A stretch of DNA of 46,806 bases, taken from NCBI GenBank assembly GCA_020051075.1, contig JAGVJP010000116.1, forward strand, positions 1-46,806, written 5' to 3'. Each line of letters starts with the position of its first letter. The first letter of the stretch is position 1. This DNA is from Parachlamydiales bacterium. Its GTDB lineage: Bacteria; Chlamydiota; Chlamydiia; Chlamydiales; Parachlamydiaceae. Positions 44,289-46,806 of the stretch are shown one piece after another. The notes under the pieces are model-generated. The model did no database searches, was not told the DNA's origin, and saw only the letters and a list, made by a program, of their open reading frames with translations. Made by a program: the position numbers and the translations under genes.

Positions 44289-46301
44289 ATGGATATTAAT
44301 CAAGGTTCGATATCACCAGAGTTAACAGAAGCACGGCGATTCGCTGCTGCGATGGGGGAATTAGCACAAAAAGGTGGTTACATCAAAGAAACGGTCACGG
44401 CAACTGGCCGAGACTATGTGCACATTCGACCAGGTCAAACGACAAGGGGCAAGATGGAATCTATAGACCTTGTTGACACTGCAAATAAGATTTCAAAATT
44501 TGCTGAAGATAATATTGAATTATTCAGCCTAAAAGAAATAAAAAATATTCAATCAGGAGTTGAAGCTTTAAAAGAACGCATTAGTACTCATCCTGATCGT
44601 TTAAGTGGAATTAAAAAATTTTTCATTTCACTCTTTTACGGTGATAATTATAAAGAATATTATAAAGGCATTTCAAGTGATATCAAAGAACGAAGTTTCA
44701 AAGATAGTTTATTAGATTCTCTTGCAAACGCTGCTTCCAAACCAGTTGTTGTCGAACAAGATGAAAAAACAAAAATGATAAATTCTTTTCTAAAAAATAA
44801 AGGAGATAACAGATCGGTCAGCAATCAGGTAGAAGATTTGTTAATAGATAAATTTAAAGAAGACAATATAGTTCTTATTGCTAAATTGAAAACATTTGGA
44901 ATTAGTGATAAAGAAATAGATAATGAAATTAAAGTGAATAAAAAATTTCAAAAACAGTTGAAGGCTGAAATCGCAACTACAAAAGAAGAAATCAAGGATA
45001 AATTAATAGAAAGATTAAATCGTATTCCTAAGGAAGATCTTGCTAACAATGAAGAAGTCCAAATTTGGGTTAAGAACTATAAACAGGAATTTGAGCCTGA
45101 ATCGGAAAAAACATGTGAACAGATCATTCAGGAATTATTGACTCCACAACCACCTGTAACCGAGAATGTTGATGAAAAAGTGATTTTACCTGAACGGCGA
45201 TCATCTTCTCTTGAGCAGATAGAATCTCGTATCACTAACTTAGAGCAGGAAGAATTCATACCGGGGTTGATAGATCTGGAGAAAAAACTCGCTAACGACT
45301 CACGCAAGGAATACTTTAACAAAATTGTTAAGCGTACAGGTATTGTTGAAGACCGGAAAGATATCCTAGCGGTGTTAACATATTTAAAAAAAACTATCTG
45401 GGGATTTTTTGTTGGTAATCAAGGATCAAAACAAGCGGATAATATTGCACGATCTCAGAATCAACCTGCTCCTTCGGAAGCAGAGAAAGAGCAATTAGAT
45501 GGCGAAAATACAATCGCACATATGTTTTACTTATACAATCATTTAGAAACAAATACCACTGATGATCCAAAGGTTTCGAAATTGAAAGATGATCTTGAAA
45601 GATCTCTTCCATTTGCGTTTGAAATTGGTTTCCTTAAGTCTCGCGCAGGTGAAAATACAGAAAGGAAAGCAGCATTATCTGAGAGGATTTACCGGGAATT
45701 ATCGACAATGAAACCAGGTCAAAAACTTTTTCTCCCCATTGGTTGTGAAGGCCATGCCACGCTCTTATCGTTGACGAAGAAGGAGGATGGGCGGGTGGAA
45801 ATTCAACATTTTAACACTGGTTTTGGACTTCAAGAACATCGAAATCTGGTGGGAAAAGAAGAGGGGCAACCCATTGCGATAAGTTTAGAGGTGGATTTAA
45901 GCCGAGAAGGAGCTGAAAAACATATTACAGAAGGATTGATAGGCTTCATTAATTCGGCACAAGTTGGGAAGTCTATGGAAGATGTCACGCGCGGACTTCA
46001 GAATTTAAACCAACATGCAGGAGTTCCCGGAGGAAAGATTACTGCTTCTGTTCGACGAAAAAAAACACAGCAAGGAGGGAATTGTTCTTACCGCTGTTTG
46101 TTAGAAGGAATCAGGGGGGCGCTAGGGGTTGATAGTTATCGAGGTTTTAAAACAGGTTTAATTAAAAAACTTAAACTTGACTATAAACAAAATTCACAAC
46201 TCAATGAAAACGACAAAATGATCGCTGGATTATCAAAAACAAAAGCAGGTGTCAAGAAAAAACAACAGAGAGAAGCTCGCCAAGCCAATCCTACTGTTTG
46301 A
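44289..46301 (+). CDS. Effector-like coiled-coil protein with a C-terminal papain-like (His-Asn-Gln-Cys order) protease domain
   Basis: GHATLL (His 45753), HFNTG and QQGGNCS (Cys about 46083), preceded by a Lys/Glu-rich helical region. Confidence 0.65.
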   Translation: MDINQGSISPELTEARRFAAAMGELAQKGGYIKETVTATGRDYVHIRPGQTTRGKMESIDLVDTANKISKFAEDNIELFSLKEIKNIQSGVEALKERISTHPDRLSGIKKFFISLFYGDNYKEYYKGISSDIKERSFKDSLLDSLANAASKPVVVEQDEKTKMINSFLKNKGDNRSVSNQVEDLLIDKFKEDNIVLIAKLKTFGISDKEIDNEIKVNKKFQKQLKAEIATTKEEIKDKLIERLNRIPKEDLANNEEVQIWVKNYKQEFEPESEKTCEQIIQELLTPQPPVTENVDEKVILPERRSSSLEQIESRITNLEQEEFIPGLIDLEKKLANDSRKEYFNKIVKRTGIVEDRKDILAVLTYLKKTIWGFFVGNQGSKQADNIARSQNQPAPSEAEKEQLDGENTIAHMFYLYNHLETNTTDDPKVSKLKDDLERSLPFAFEIGFLKSRAGENTERKAALSERIYRELSTMKPGQKLFLPIGCEGHATLLSLTKKEDGRVEIQHFNTGFGLQEHRNLVGKEEGQPIAISLEVDLSREGAEKHITEGLIGFINSAQVGKSMEDVTRGLQNLNQHAGVPGGKITASVRRKKTQQGGNCSYRCLLEGIRGALGVDSYRGFKTGLIKKLKLDYKQNSQLNENDKMIAGLSKTKAGVKKKQQREARQANPTV

Positions 46302-46519
46302 ATGTAAAACTCAACGATTCATTTATGCAATTAGACACTAGATCTTCTACAGGTCTTCTATTCGAGGATCGATGAACAAGAAGCTTTCGGACATAAATTC
46401 TTTCAAATTACAATTTTAAATCGTAATTCAACATCTTTTAAGGGTTTAACGTGTTAATTATAATTTAACAATATGATCGTATAATGACATTATGTTTAGT
46501 TAGATTATAAGAGGTTTGC

Positions 46520-46723
46520 ATGATTAATCCAGAACGTCCTGTCACTCTGCAAGAAGCTCAGTCATTTGCGCAGGCGATGGGACAATTGGCTGGAGAAAAG
46601 GGAAAGGACAAGGGACCTCAAGGACCTAAGGAGGTAATTGCAGAAGTCGAACCCGAACCAGATCTGCGAGCTATCGCCGAAAACAGACTTTTATCAACTC
46701 ACAGGTTTTCTTGCCAAAATTGA
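46520..46723 (+). pseudogene. Truncated paralogue of the 44289 gene
   Basis: LQEAQSFAQAMGQLAGEKG resembles LTEARRFAAAMGELAQKGG. The upstream AT-rich region is similar, and the ORF ends after 67 aa. Confidence 0.55.
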
Positions 46724-46806
46724 CCATCGAAAAGCGGAAGAAGACTTCATACGCGTTAAGCTAACATAATACACCTAATTTTAATAATTTACAATTATAC
46801 ACATAC

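Noticed and set aside
46474..46500. dif-like site (tgatcgtataa-tgaca-ttatgtttagt)
   Set aside because: The spacer is 5 nt rather than 6, the XerD arm is imperfect, and the sequence overlaps a probable -10 box that is paralogous to the region upstream of 44289.

Overview
AT-rich bacterial chromosome segment, most likely from an environmental chlamydia (Chlamydiota, Parachlamydiaceae-like). This is inferred from the adjacent mfd and alaS genes, the HEAT-HIT-MYG1-LOG-DUF1207 gene order resembling C. trachomatis CT384-CT389, and a chlamydia-type tmRNA. Core genes are interleaved with accessory DNA. From the left: two Rhs toxin-tip/immunity modules, a hicAB locus with frameshifted hicA, and a complete-looking group IIB intron (2780-4766) encoding an RT. 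Next come a putative secreted-effector cluster (Inc-like protein, USP-type deubiquitinase, unknown protein, SopB/IpgD-motif phosphatase) and a 1874-aa autotransporter. A decaying island beside ssrA holds an AbiE-type TA pair, a C39 peptidase, an AAA+wHTH ATPase and several gene relics. Near the right end are a herpes-tegument-like (VTD) deubiquitinase and a further papain-like protease. The most striking non-coding structures are: (i) three direct copies of a palindrome with 13-16-bp arms, an 8-bp spacer and a conserved tail, which partition the island into cassettes; (ii) a 256-bp MITE with 23-bp TIRs and an 8-bp TSD whose empty-site paralogue is also in the window; (iii) several families of short-period palindromic intergenic repeats; (iv) a G-U-rich rod-shaped RNA candidate behind a perfect sigma70 promoter, divergent from tmRNA; (v) a helically phased 3+3 operator upstream of the ATPase. 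All family assignments come from motif recognition by eye, without database searches.
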